This document shows, one piece after another, positions 1 through 10,178 of a DNA stretch of 64,000 nt; the stretch's first letter is position 1; the number at the start of each line of letters is the position of its first letter. This stretch comes from Candidatus Kapaibacterium sp. GTDB taxonomy: Bacteria; Bacteroidota; Ignavibacteria; Kapaibacteriales; UBA4661. Where the stretch lies: positions 641-64,640 of the forward strand of contig JANWZB010000003.1 in the NCBI GenBank assembly GCA_025055035.1, in the 5' to 3' direction. Both the position numbers and the translations under genes were made by a program. Below the pieces are notes generated by a model. That model saw only the letters and a list, made by a program, of their open reading frames with translations. It was not told the DNA's origin and did not search any database.

Positions 1-235
1 CACCAAACCACGTTAGCCCAAGCAATCGAGAAGCAAGTATATTTAGCAACCTCAGAAAATCGCGTTGCTGTTCTTCGGACAAATACTCTACACTACGAGT
101 GATTTTCTCTTCAAGAGCAAAATCACTCGCTTTCATTGCATATAGCCCGTGTATATCGGAATCTTCTTGTACAGACGGAATCAACGCGTCGCACACAGCC
201 CGAAGCACAGCAGTATGACGAGAAGAAAGATTCAT
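1..235 (-). CDS. N-terminus of a probable GMC-family/long-chain alcohol oxidase-like protein (runs off window edge)
   Basis: Manual translation MNLSSRHTAVLRAVCDALIPSVQEDSDIHG...LLGLTWFG is open to the edge; the L.AVCDA.IPS start resembles long-chain alcohol oxidase N-domains. Confidence 0.5.
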   Translation of the reverse strand, partial: MNLSSRHTAVLRAVCDALIPSVQEDSDIHGLYAMKASDFALEEKITRSVEYLSEEQQRDFLRLLNILASRLLGLTWFG

Positions 236-293
236 GAACAATCGAGGAAATTCCCTGGAAGAGCTCTCTTTAGTTGGAAGTCGCGAACTGCTC

Positions 294-1412
294 TTATGCA
301 CTATGTGTTGCAAAAAACCTCTTGATATGCTCTACGACATACTCTACGTTAGTATCGGATAAGCCTGGGTATAGTGGAAGCGATAAGCAGGTTTCAGCAA
401 TTTCCTCTGCTATAGGGAACTGTCCCTTTTTCCATCCCTGATGCTTATATGCTTCTTGTAAATGTGGCGGAATTGGGTAGTGAATCATTGTTCCAATTCC
501 TTGCTGTGCCAGGTATTCCTGCAATGCATCGCGCTTCGCTGTACGAATCACGTAGAGATGAAACACAGAGCTTGCATTATCTGCAAGCACAGGAGTAATA
601 ATATCACCAACACCTTGTAAGTTCTGCGTATAAAGCGTAGCCAGGCGCTCACGCTCGGCATTCTGGCTATACAACAGCGGTAATTTCTTCAAGAGAAATG
701 CTGCTTGTAACTCATCAAGGCGTGAGTTATAACCGAGTACTTCGTTGTAGTACTTTTTCTGCGAGCCATAATTACGCCACGAACGAGCACGGATGTTATA
801 GTCAGGGTTATCAGTTGTGATTGCACCAGCATCACCCAACGCTCCAAGATTTTTACCGGGATAAAAGCTTGTTGCATTGATATGCCCAAAGCTACCAGTA
901 GGCTTTCCGTTGTAGAAGGCTCCATGCGCTTGTGCGTTATCCTCCACGACATATATCCCGTATTTTTCTGCAATATCCATAATTGCCTCCATCTCAGCAG
1001 CTTGCCCATATAAATGGACAGGCATAATAGCTTTTGTGCGAGATGTGATAGCCGCCTCAATACCCTCGGGGTTAATGTTATATGTTGTCTTGCGCGGCTC
1101 AACAAGAACAGGAGTAGCACCAACAAACGATACCGACAAGAGTGTAGCGATATAGGTGTTAGAAGGAACAATTACCTCATCGCCATAACCAACCCCAAGC
1201 ACACGCAGTGCAATGTGCAAAGCATCTAATCCATTCGCAACGCCAACAGCATACCGCGTGCCTGAAAATTGCGCATATTCACGTTCAAACGCTGACACAT
1301 GCTCGCCAAGAATAAACCAGCCACTGCGCAAAACATCATGAAAAGCTTGGTCTAACTCGCTCTCTAACGAGCAATTCAGGGATTGTAAGTCAAGAAAGGG
1401 TATAGCAGGCAT
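294..1412 (-). CDS. DegT/DnrJ/EryC1/StrS PLP-dependent sugar aminotransferase (FdtB-like)
   Basis: IPFLDL start, ANGLDAL, EDNAQAHG, SFYPGKNLG (PLP Lys), NSRLDELQA; start moved to ATG 1412. Confidence 0.92.
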   Translation of the reverse strand: MPAIPFLDLQSLNCSLESELDQAFHDVLRSGWFILGEHVSAFEREYAQFSGTRYAVGVANGLDALHIALRVLGVGYGDEVIVPSNTYIATLLSVSFVGATPVLVEPRKTTYNINPEGIEAAITSRTKAIMPVHLYGQAAEMEAIMDIAEKYGIYVVEDNAQAHGAFYNGKPTGSFGHINATSFYPGKNLGALGDAGAITTDNPDYNIRARSWRNYGSQKKYYNEVLGYNSRLDELQAAFLLKKLPLLYSQNAERERLATLYTQNLQGVGDIITPVLADNASSVFHLYVIRTAKRDALQEYLAQQGIGTMIHYPIPPHLQEAYKHQGWKKGQFPIAEEIAETCLSLPLYPGLSDTNVEYVVEHIKRFFATHSA

Positions 1413-1571
1413 ACAAGAAAGCTCAGCAAAGAATACTAGAGTAAATAAAGCAACAAGGCGTTCTCTCAAAACTGGAGACCTACTACAACATCCAAACGGT
1501 GTAGCCTTCTGCAACAGAGACGTTTTTCTATCTCTATCGTGTGCAGAAGGCTACGGACATAGAGTTATGCA

Positions 1572-2300
1572 TCAAAATCGTGTTTCGAGATAATACGGGA
1601 GCATAGCTCGCCACGTTGGCCAATCATGGCGCATATCGTAGCCCCAAATATCGAGCTCGTGTGGTATGGACTTCGCATGAAGAATTTCCGATAGCTTGCG
1701 CGAGGCGTCGGGGGCTTCATATGCACCTTGACCACTCAAAATATGGATACGACCACGGCGCATTTGTTCTAGAATTGTATGGTCTGTAAGGTTCGGCAAG
1801 TAATGAACCGGCGAATTAAAGTAACAATCTTCATTGAAAAAGCCATCAGAATACACGGTTAAATCATATACACCGCTCATAGCTATTGTACCAGCAAAGA
1901 GGTCGGGACGACGGAAAAAGATATTCGCTGCATGAAATGCTCCTAGTGATACACCCGTTGTAATAATTGGTATACGCCCCCGACAGTGCATATGGATAAA
2001 AGGCACAACTTCATCAAATACGTAATAGTTATAGGCTTGATGGCGCATTGCCTTGTGGTGTGGAAGCATACGCCGATTAAGCCAGCTTTCCGAGTTAATG
2101 CTGTTAATAGAGAACACCTTGAATTTTCCTGATTCAATATATGGTGCAATCGCATCGATCATGTAAAAGCGTTCATACTCAAGATAATCAGCTGCCGCAC
2201 TAGGAAACATCAATAATGCATGACCAAAGTGTCCATACACAGCAATTTCCATATTTTTGTCCAGCCGAGGACTCCACCAAGAGTGAATTTCTCTGTTCAT
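1572..2300 (-). CDS. Esterase-family alpha/beta hydrolase of the type usually found with ATP-grasp/GCS2 clusters
   Basis: W.SPRL...MEIAVYGH.G N-terminus, GVSLG nucleophile elbow, HDWPTW catalytic His. Confidence 0.85.
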   Translation of the reverse strand: MNREIHSWWSPRLDKNMEIAVYGHFGHALLMFPSAAADYLEYERFYMIDAIAPYIESGKFKVFSINSINSESWLNRRMLPHHKAMRHQAYNYYVFDEVVPFIHMHCRGRIPIITTGVSLGAFHAANIFFRRPDLFAGTIAMSGVYDLTVYSDGFFNEDCYFNSPVHYLPNLTDHTILEQMRRGRIHILSGQGAYEAPDASRKLSEILHAKSIPHELDIWGYDMRHDWPTWRAMLPYYLETRF

Positions 2301-2349
2301 AGCGCAAACCTTCCTGAAAAAATGATACAAGAACAGTCTTGTAGCTCTC

Positions 2350-3171
2350 CTACTTCACGATGACAAACGGAATACACGAACAAGCTTTTTGCACAATCGG
2401 CTTTGCCTTTTCCGCTGCTTCGCGCGAGGAGTAGCTTCCTACCGTTACAGCATAACGCACCGCGCCATCTATATTTTTTTCGACGAGATCCGAGCGTAGC
2501 CGCGCCTTCGATAGCTTCTGAACATCAGCAAGTGCATTCTCTCGCGAATTATATATTCCAACTTGAAGAGTGTACCGTTCTTCTCTATCGTGCGATAGCA
2601 ATTCTGGAGCACTCTGTTCTGCGTTGTTGCCCACGCGAAGACTAGTTTTTGCTGCAGGCACCTGAGGCTCTAGTACCTTAGGTATAGCTGGTGCAGCTGC
2701 AGCGAAAACGACAGAGTTGCGATAGGTTGTGAACGTCGGCGGCAAGCCGACGGTAGATTTCACAATCTCGGCAGCAAAGAGCAAAAACTCACTTGTGGGA
2801 TAGCTACGCCGAAAGAGCTGCAGTTCTGAACGCGCGTTTGCAGTGTCTTTGCGTAGCGCATAGATTTGCACAATTCGCCACTGCGCATCGTCAGCCCAAA
2901 TACTTTGTGGATACTCGCGGACAATTCGGACAAACTGCGGAAGAGCCTTCATACCATCGCTTGTTAAAGTTGCACTGAGAAACAGAATACCTGGATCATC
3001 AGGATAGTTGCGCATAAGCTCAGGGAGCTCTGCACGAACATCATTTGCATATCCCAATGCAATCTGGCGAAGCTTCGATCGTACAATGTTATCTGTCACC
3101 TGTGCAGAAAGAACCATCGTCTGTGCACAGCACACCACAGAAATGATCCATATGCTATATCGTTGTTTCAT
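2350..3171 (-). CDS. Secreted TPR + SPOR-domain protein
   Basis: Signal peptide, TPR-like YPQSIWADDA/YPTSEF motifs, C-terminal YTLQVG...Y.VTVGSYSSREAAE SPOR signature. Confidence 0.82.
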   Translation of the reverse strand: MKQRYSIWIISVVCCAQTMVLSAQVTDNIVRSKLRQIALGYANDVRAELPELMRNYPDDPGILFLSATLTSDGMKALPQFVRIVREYPQSIWADDAQWRIVQIYALRKDTANARSELQLFRRSYPTSEFLLFAAEIVKSTVGLPPTFTTYRNSVVFAAAAPAIPKVLEPQVPAAKTSLRVGNNAEQSAPELLSHDREERYTLQVGIYNSRENALADVQKLSKARLRSDLVEKNIDGAVRYAVTVGSYSSREAAEKAKPIVQKACSCIPFVIVK

Positions 3172-3327
3172 AGGCAATATGCTCAATCTCAATCTATCGA
3201 ACAGCCATATAAAAAGCGTTTCAAAATACTCTCAAGAAATTTTCACAGTATTGTAATGGCGCCGTTGTTGCTTGTGTTGCTTGCAATACGTCTGCATATA
3301 TTATTCATTTGTGCTTTGCACTATGAG

Positions 3328-3335
3328 CAAATCTA
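3328..3335 (-). promoter_or_regulatory. Bacteroidetes-type -7 box (TAGATTTG) upstream of the SPOR gene
   Basis: Matches TAnnTTTG on the minus strand in a divergent intergenic region. Confidence 0.4.
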
Positions 3336-3380
3336 GTGTATTTTACAGGAACGACAAGTAGATTTCTTAGCGCAACGCTT

Positions 3381-4541
3381 ATGAACGCACCAGCACCACA
3401 TACATATAGCACAAAACTGCTGAAAGTCGCCATCGCTGCAGGAGGGACAGGTGGTCATATCTTTCCTGCAATTGCAGTTGCTGAAGAACTACACCGTCTC
3501 ACCAATGGCAATTGCATAGTAGAATTCATCGGTACAGCTGAGCGAATTGAAGCAACAATTGTGCCAAAGCATGGTTATCCTTTTTATACAATTCCCATCA
3601 TGGGCTTGCAGAGGCTCTTTTCCTTGAGTACACTCAAGCTTCCGCTGCACATTCTACTATCTATTCTCAAGTCTCGCCGCATTCTCAAGCAAATCAAGCC
3701 AGACTGTGTGCTATGTACTGGAGCATATGTTAGTTATCCTGTTGGGATAGCAGCATCTCAACTCTCTATACCCCTCTTTCTTATGGAATCGAATGCATTT
3801 CCTGGTAAAACGATACGGCGCTTAGCCCCACGAGCAACGTATATTTACACAGCATTTGAGGAGTCACAGCAGTACTTTGCACCTTCTGTAGCGCACAAGA
3901 TTTTTCCATACGGCAATCCTGTACGTTCGGACTTCAGCGCTTTACCAGATCCAGCAAGTGCTCGTGCTGCACTAGGACTAGCAACTGATAAACCCACAGT
4001 GCTCATTTTTGGGGGAAGTCTTGGTGCACGCTCGCTCAATTCTGCCACTCTTGCTTCGCTTGAGAAGTTCCGGCAAACTAACATACAGGTACTCTGGCAG
4101 ACAGGAACACGCTACTCACCTAGTTCCAACATGAACACATCTGGAGCTATTGTTATGCAGTTTATTGACGACATGCGTACTGCATATGCAGCAGCGGATG
4201 TCATCGTTTGCCGTGCTGGGGCAACAACAATCGCAGAGCTAGCAATAACTCGAAAGCCCGCAATCCTTGTTCCTTTCCCTCATGCTGCTCACGATCATCA
4301 GACGTATAACGCCCGAGCTTTAGAAGCAAAAGGAGCAGCTATTCTTGTGCATGATGTGGAAATAAAGGAGCGTCTTTTTTCTTCTGTACATGGTTTACTG
4401 AGCAATCCTATTGCACGCCAAGCAATGCAACGTTCGCTTGAACCCTTCGCTAAGCCTCACGCTGCGCATCATATAGCGCTAAGCATTCTTCAATACTGCC
4501 GACCAGAGCATGATATCTCTAGCGCTGTATTGTCTTCTTGA
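3381..4541 (+). CDS. murG: Undecaprenyl-PP-MurNAc-pentapeptide GlcNAc transferase
   Basis: AGGTGGHIFPA, GNPVR, FGGSLGA, CRAGATT, HQTYNA. Confidence 0.97.
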   Translation: MNAPAPHTYSTKLLKVAIAAGGTGGHIFPAIAVAEELHRLTNGNCIVEFIGTAERIEATIVPKHGYPFYTIPIMGLQRLFSLSTLKLPLHILLSILKSRRILKQIKPDCVLCTGAYVSYPVGIAASQLSIPLFLMESNAFPGKTIRRLAPRATYIYTAFEESQQYFAPSVAHKIFPYGNPVRSDFSALPDPASARAALGLATDKPTVLIFGGSLGARSLNSATLASLEKFRQTNIQVLWQTGTRYSPSSNMNTSGAIVMQFIDDMRTAYAAADVIVCRAGATTIAELAITRKPAILVPFPHAAHDHQTYNARALEAKGAAILVHDVEIKERLFSSVHGLLSNPIARQAMQRSLEPFAKPHAAHHIALSILQYCRPEHDISSAVLSS

Positions 4542-5400
4542 TACCACCAAACACCTGTTGTAGAACATCTGTTGTACGGGCAAGAGGATTTTGCCGAATA
4601 TTTTTTTCCTCTTGTGCTATCATAGTGAATAAGCCATCTATTGCTCGCTTTGTTACATAGTCGGGCAGGTCAGGATTCACCTTTTGAACAAGAGGAATTT
4701 GATTGTATGCACTCACAATCTGCCCCCAGTAGCGCGTTGCATCTACTTTGTTCAGGGCATCGGTGATGCTAGGCTTGAAGCGCTGAATAAGCTGATCGGA
4801 AGTTGTACGTTGAAGAAAGTCTGTTGCTGCTCGCTCGTTTGTTCCGGTCAGAATGGACATAACATCCGTGAATGTCAGCTGGCGGATTGCATCAAGAAAA
4901 ATCGGTAAAGCATCTCCCGCTGCCTGCTCAGCAGCACGATTCATTGATACAACGGCTTGGTCGGCAACACTTCCCAGACCAATTTTTCGCACAGCACTCT
5001 CTACTGCACTAAATTCTGGAGGAAAAGGAATTTTAATTAAGGGATTGCCAAGATACCCATCAGTTTTCGAAACAAGCTCTACTCCTTTACGGATGCCCTG
5101 TATTAACGCTTCTTGCAATCCACTTGCTGCAAGACTCGGTGTGATGCCTTGCTCGGATGATGTAGAGCTTGTACTCGAGCGAGGCTGGGCTGCTCCTGCA
5201 CCTACCTGTGGTACAGTGCTCGATGTAGAAGAGGCTGAGCTTGATGGCCTTGAGCTGACTGTTGGGGCGCTGGTTTTTGCTGTTTTCGCAGACGATTGCT
5301 TTTTGGACGATACCCGTGTGTTTTGTGCCGTTGCAGTGCTTACAATCAGCACCATTATGCTGCACAGGGTGAGCAGGATACTAGTATAGACGCTACGCAT
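4519..5400 (-). CDS. DUF4197 domain secreted protein with Ser/Thr-rich linker
   Basis: GLQEAL.QG, DGYLGNP.IKIP.P, MNRAAEQA, YVT.RAIDGLF..IA.EE..IR.NP. Confidence 0.88.
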   Translation of the reverse strand: MRSVYTSILLTLCSIMVLIVSTATAQNTRVSSKKQSSAKTAKTSAPTVSSRPSSSASSTSSTVPQVGAGAAQPRSSTSSTSSEQGITPSLAASGLQEALIQGIRKGVELVSKTDGYLGNPLIKIPFPPEFSAVESAVRKIGLGSVADQAVVSMNRAAEQAAGDALPIFLDAIRQLTFTDVMSILTGTNERAATDFLQRTTSDQLIQRFKPSITDALNKVDATRYWGQIVSAYNQIPLVQKVNPDLPDYVTKRAIDGLFTMIAQEEKNIRQNPLARTTDVLQQVFGGIKKTIQR

Positions 5401-5512
5401 AAACTAAGAATATGTAACAGTACATGAAAAAACAAGTGATGGCTAACGGCAGTTAGTTGCAGGCGGTCATTGTATCTCGTGCATACGTATGAAAATAGTG
5501 GAGCAAAGAATT

Positions 5513-6280
5513 TTAGTGCCGTGCAACGCCACCATCAACATTGATTGTTTGTCCATTGATAATTCCAGAAGCCGGCAAAGCAAGAAATGCCACAACGTTT
5601 GCTATATCATGTGGTTCATCAGCACGATGAACACTCTGTGTTGGTAAAATATGTTCCAGGATAGAGCTACTCACCCGTCCCCCTTGTTCAGGACGCTGAA
5701 TCGCTGTAAGCCCAACGGTAACCGCATTAGCAGTGATACCATACTTACCAACCTCGCTTGCTAGGGAACGAATAAATCCTATAACTCCCATCTTTGCAGT
5801 AACATAGTGTGTGAGATATGGCGTGCCCAGCCATACAGTGTCGGAAGACAGTGCGATAATGCGACCAAACCCTCTTTCTTTCATTGCCGGCAAGACAGCT
5901 TTTGTTGTGAGAAATAGGCTATTCAGATTAAGCTCGAGCATATGTCGCCATTGCTCAAATGAAAGCAGCTCAAAAGGCTCTTCTTCATACTTACCTACAT
6001 TATGCACAAGAATATCTATGCGCCCAAAGTGTTGCAAAACCTCTTGCGCCATCATGTGAACATCTTGGGGATTCGTAGCGTCAACGCGCAAGCTCAAGAC
6101 TTGCGTACCAATAGTTTGCGTTGTTTGTACTGTTTCGCTTGCATCGGCAATATCTGCAATCACAATGTGCGCACCTTCCTCAGCAAGACGTTCACAAAAT
6201 GCTCGACCATTTCCAACAGCTGCACCTGTAACAATTGCTACACGACCCTGCAAACCACGCTCAAACTCATGAAGCTGCAT
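5513..6280 (-). CDS. SDR-family NAD(P)-dependent oxidoreductase
   Basis: TGAAVGNG Rossmann motif, YVTAK catalytic motif, GQTINVDGG. Confidence 0.9.
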   Translation of the reverse strand: MQLHEFERGLQGRVAIVTGAAVGNGRAFCERLAEEGAHIVIADIADASETVQTTQTIGTQVLSLRVDATNPQDVHMMAQEVLQHFGRIDILVHNVGKYEEEPFELLSFEQWRHMLELNLNSLFLTTKAVLPAMKERGFGRIIALSSDTVWLGTPYLTHYVTAKMGVIGFIRSLASEVGKYGITANAVTVGLTAIQRPEQGGRVSSSILEHILPTQSVHRADEPHDIANVVAFLALPASGIINGQTINVDGGVARH

Positions 6281-6453
6281 AGACGAAACCTCAGAATATA
6301 GTAGAAAAGCTTTTGTACGTACACGGCGTAAATATAGACGAACTCGCAAGGAAAACCAAACCAAAAACTATAGCTGGTTCCATGCGTTGCCTGTCCGCCT
6401 ACTGTTAAGAGCATGGATTAGAAGATTGCAGTAGAAAAATGTGAAACTTTGAC

Positions 6454-6461
6454 TATATTTG
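6454..6461 (+). promoter_or_regulatory. Bacteroidetes-type -7 box TATATTTG
   Basis: Exact TAnnTTTG in a long intergenic region; -33 box poorly spaced. Confidence 0.35.
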
Positions 6462-6571
6462 CTGCAGCTCTGCCAACATCGTACTACCTATATTCACACT
6501 ACACTTCTTGTGAGCAGTATAGGTACGGACAAGGGCACATACTACTCCGTACTTTACTTGTAGTTTTCTTG

Positions 6572-6605
6572 AAAGTAAACCAAATAATAAAGTAAACCAA
6601 ATAAT
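6572..6605. repeat. Perfect 17-bp tandem duplication AAAGTAAACCAAATAAT x2, flanked by direct repeats GTACTTTACTT (6549-6559, 6609-6619)
   Basis: Read directly from the sequence. Confidence 0.9.
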
Positions 6606-6910
6606 CCTGTACTTTACTTTCAGTTACTATGAAGCCTTAAACTTCTCGATATGCTGTTGCTATCTTACAATGCGCGTATTATTTGACAATAACCTTCAGT
6701 GCTCTGCTTACAAACGCATAAACCATAAGCATAAATTATTGTACTCTAGGCTCTACTGATAAAACATTCTAGTTTGGAGGTAGTCCACAAGAGCAGAGTA
6801 TAGCTATCTTCGCGCTGTATAAGCTGCAAAAATCCTTCAGAATTACTGACCACATACTCAGCTATAGTTGTTCCATGTTTCACTCCTAATACCGTGTCTG
6901 AGAGGATTGT

Positions 6911-7684
6911 ATGAATATTTCTATTCTTCGCCATATAGTAGCTGTTGCTACCATTGTTTTCAGCATACAGACTATATCCCTTGCTCAAATCGAAACTCAA
7001 GTGTATGTGCCACCATCGGCACTTGTGTTTCATAACCTAGACAGCTTATCCAAAGCCCAAGTAAACTGGAAATCACTACCGACTTTCAACAAGCGCAGCA
7101 ATTACGCCAACAAGTACACGATTGCACTGAATCTTGGAACGCGTATCTGCGATGCATTTGTTGCTATTCAAGCAAAAGAGCAGAACAAATTTGCTGACAT
7201 GGCAACAACTGTTGCAAGTCTCAGTAGCAAACTTAATGCTAACATTGAGCAATCGTTGAACGATAAAATGTTTGCACTTGTCAAGCAAGGTAAGTGGTCA
7301 GAAGTACGCTCTATGCTCGACGACCAGCAAAACACCGTCAAGGAGAAATTGAATCGCCTCGATAAGGATGCCGCAGTTCTCGTAACGATTGGCGGTTGGC
7401 TCGAAGCCTTGCATGTTGTAACCAAGTCCTTGTCGAGCAACTATGTTGCTGATGCCACTTCTGTCATTCGCAATCCTAAGCTTGTTGAATACTTGATTGG
7501 CGAGATGAATGGTCTCACCACACAAGCAAAAAACAATGACTTAGTGAAAAGCATTACCGCTCGACTTCCAGAAATCAAAGCGTTAGTTAATCTAGAGAAA
7601 GGGACACCCGTACCCCACGAGAATATTAAAAAGCTTTTCGAGATATCCTCAGTTCTTGTTAAAAGTGTTGAGGGTGCAAAATAA
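6911..7684 (+). CDS. Secreted all-helical hypothetical protein
   Basis: Signal peptide (…SLA|Q), GAGG upstream, ALNLG..I.D and GGWLEALH motifs; function unknown. Confidence 0.8.
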   Translation: MNISILRHIVAVATIVFSIQTISLAQIETQVYVPPSALVFHNLDSLSKAQVNWKSLPTFNKRSNYANKYTIALNLGTRICDAFVAIQAKEQNKFADMATTVASLSSKLNANIEQSLNDKMFALVKQGKWSEVRSMLDDQQNTVKEKLNRLDKDAAVLVTIGGWLEALHVVTKSLSSNYVADATSVIRNPKLVEYLIGEMNGLTTQAKNNDLVKSITARLPEIKALVNLEKGTPVPHENIKKLFEISSVLVKSVEGAK

Positions 7685-7878
7685 GCCTTCTTACCACTTT
7701 AGCACACAAGTATCACGAGAGCTTTGGACTTATCCGAAGCCTTAGTGTCGTCTATATTCTACTTATGCAATAACAAAACGCTTTTCAAAAGCTGTTTTTT
7801 TGAGTAAATTTCCTCATTGCATCACAATTCTTCTGATCTGATTAATATTGATCGTCTCCCTCTGTTGTACTTCTTTAC

Positions 7879-8601
7879 ATGAACACCACCTTACGCCTTA
7901 TTCGCGAAATTGCTACACTACTGACTGTATCTGGCGCTCTATCGCTTCTATACAATGCCTTCTCTCCATCGCCGCTATCGCTTGTCCGCACAGAACGACT
8001 TAGCGCACCTGACTCTCTCATCAATGCACTTGCTCACCCCACACAACTGCACACTGACGATACCACAGCATTGACACAATCTTCAGCACATTCTGCACAT
8101 AAGCCAACGCCTCAGCATGCATCGCATTCTTCTGCCGCTCTTCAAGAAGAAGCTGCTACACCTCGCAAGGAGCAGAGTGCGTCTCGCACTGCTAGCACAA
8201 CACGCGTGCAGCCAATTTCTCCATCAAACTCCTCGTCTAACCCAGCGCCTGAGCCACAAAGGATATCGCAGCCAGCAGTGCAAGCAACAGCTCTCGACAT
8301 TCGTATAGAGCAAGTTGAGAAACTCTTAGCAAATCCTGATGTTCTTTTTATTGATGCTCGCCCCTCGAAAGAGTACCAGCTTGGACATATTGGCAACGCC
8401 ATAAATATTTACACACCAGAATTTGAGCAACACATCCACCGCATTGTTGGATTGCCTCGCAACAAACCTATTGTGGCATACTGTGGTGGAGGTGCTTGTG
8501 AGCTAAGTCATGACCTTGCTGCTCATCTTATCAAGCTTGGATTCCAGCATGTCTTTGTCTATACTGGAGGCTGGAATGAATGGAAACAACGTAATCCGTA
8601 G
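7879..8601 (+). CDS. Membrane-anchored rhodanese-like domain protein
   Basis: N-terminal TM, S/T/Q/P linker, IDAR…GHI.NA.NI, YCGGGACELS, YTGGW.EW. Confidence 0.88.
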   Translation: MNTTLRLIREIATLLTVSGALSLLYNAFSPSPLSLVRTERLSAPDSLINALAHPTQLHTDDTTALTQSSAHSAHKPTPQHASHSSAALQEEAATPRKEQSASRTASTTRVQPISPSNSSSNPAPEPQRISQPAVQATALDIRIEQVEKLLANPDVLFIDARPSKEYQLGHIGNAINIYTPEFEQHIHRIVGLPRNKPIVAYCGGGACELSHDLAAHLIKLGFQHVFVYTGGWNEWKQRNP

Positions 8602-8631
8602 TGTATTCATGTTTTCGCAGTCTTGTGCGTT

Positions 8632-9417
8632 ATGAGCTATCTTACCCTCCTCTCAGAAAAAAAGTTAGGCTACACACTTATCACACTGAATCGTCCTGAC
8701 AAACTGAATGCGTTAAATGGCCAACTACTCGCAGATTTGCATCATGCTCTCGTTCAGGCACAGCATGATAGCACTGTTCACGCAGTAGTGCTGACAGGTA
8801 GTGGCACAAAAGCATTTGCCGCTGGCGCTGATATATCTGAACTTCACACGCTTGATTCTCACAGCGGGCTAGCATTTTCCGAGCGTGGTCAAGCAGTTAT
8901 GAACCTTATCGAGCATCTAGGTAAACCTGTTATTGCTGCTATCAACGGTTTTGCGTTAGGAGGCGGCTGCGAGATTGCCCTTGCTTGCCACCTGCGCTTT
9001 GCTTCAGATAACGCCTATCTAGGCTTACCAGAAGTATCGCTTGGCACTCTGCCCGGATATGGAGGTACACAACGCTTGACAAGACTTGTTGGTCGTGCTA
9101 AGGCTGCAGAGCTTATCCTTGCTGGCGAGCGGATTAGTGCCCAAGATGCTCTCGCTATTGGTCTTGTCAACGACGTTGTATCGCAGGATAATTTACTTGC
9201 TCGTGTTGAACGTTTTATTCAGGTAATGCTCTCTCGCAGCCAAACTGCCGTACGTGAGGCATTGTCTGCTATTCTTGCTGCTGAGGAGCTAGGACATATT
9301 GAAGGCATGCACTATGAAGCAGAACGGTTTGCAGCATTATGTGATACACCAGACTTCAAGGAAGGTACACGTGCTTTTCTTGATAAACGTTCACCACAGT
9401 TCCAGCACCAACAATAA
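8632..9417 (+). CDS. crt: Enoyl-CoA hydratase (crotonase)
   Basis: LNRPDKLNAL, AFAAGADI, GFALGGGCE, GLPEVSLG..PGYGGTQRL. Confidence 0.88.
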   Translation: MSYLTLLSEKKLGYTLITLNRPDKLNALNGQLLADLHHALVQAQHDSTVHAVVLTGSGTKAFAAGADISELHTLDSHSGLAFSERGQAVMNLIEHLGKPVIAAINGFALGGGCEIALACHLRFASDNAYLGLPEVSLGTLPGYGGTQRLTRLVGRAKAAELILAGERISAQDALAIGLVNDVVSQDNLLARVERFIQVMLSRSQTAVREALSAILAAEELGHIEGMHYEAERFAALCDTPDFKEGTRAFLDKRSPQFQHQQ

Positions 9418-9452
9418 GACATTACATTTCCTCTTCGAACAGTAGGTACAGT

Positions 9453-10178
9453 ATGCCCAACAACGATTCTTCGGAAACATCTTCCGGTAGTAGTATCACC
9501 GCTCATCACATTCGTGTTCAGAAAACAGCACGGTATTATTCACTTGGCACACTGTCTGCTGCTACTCGCGAAATTTGGTTCGTTATACACGGATATGGAC
9601 AGCTCGCCGAGTACTTTCTACGGCATTTTTGCACACTTGATAATGGAACACGATTTTTTGTTGCCCCTGAAGCTCTTTCACGGTTTTACGTAAAAGAATG
9701 GACACGGGTGGGTGCAGTGTGGACTACAAAAGAAGACCGTGATGCTGAAGTCAGCGATTACGTTGCTTACTTGCAACAGCTTGAGCATGTCATTTTGCGT
9801 CAAATACACGAGAAGGGACTGAAGCGCGAAGAAATGCGGATTTGGTCTTTAGGATTTTCTCAAGGAGTAACAACTCTTCTGCGGTGGATTGTTCGTGGTG
9901 GATTCCGCCCTGATAGGGTTATTTGCTGGGCTGGGGATATACCAGCAGAGATTGATATTTGCCACTACAAAGACCTTTTTGAACGCATGAATGCTACATT
10001 TGTCATCGGTTCTCACGATGAATTTCTCACCCCAGAGCGCCTCAATCGGCATCATGATTTGCTTGCTCAGGCTGGCGCACATCTTCCATGTATACGCTTC
10101 GACGGCGGACACGTGATGGATACGAACGTGCTGCATCGTGTTGTACAGGAGTTATCACAGGAAGCTATTCTCTACTAA
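9453..10178 (+). CDS. Alpha/beta hydrolase (phospholipase/carboxylesterase-like)
   Basis: HGYGQ, APEALSRFY, GFSQG nucleophile, FDGGH. Confidence 0.85.
   Translation: MPNNDSSETSSGSSITAHHIRVQKTARYYSLGTLSAATREIWFVIHGYGQLAEYFLRHFCTLDNGTRFFVAPEALSRFYVKEWTRVGAVWTTKEDRDAEVSDYVAYLQQLEHVILRQIHEKGLKREEMRIWSLGFSQGVTTLLRWIVRGGFRPDRVICWAGDIPAEIDICHYKDLFERMNATFVIGSHDEFLTPERLNRHHDLLAQAGAHLPCIRFDGGHVMDTNVLHRVVQELSQEAILY

Noticed and set aside
4853..5389. 178-aa ORF antisense to DUF4197, and the many other 60-160 aa ORFs nested in or antisense to called genes
   Set aside because: Fully overlap well-supported genes and show no recognisable motifs
6549..6625. Possible mini-CRISPR array
   Set aside because: Repeats are too short (11-17 bp), adjacent or only two copies, with no cas genes
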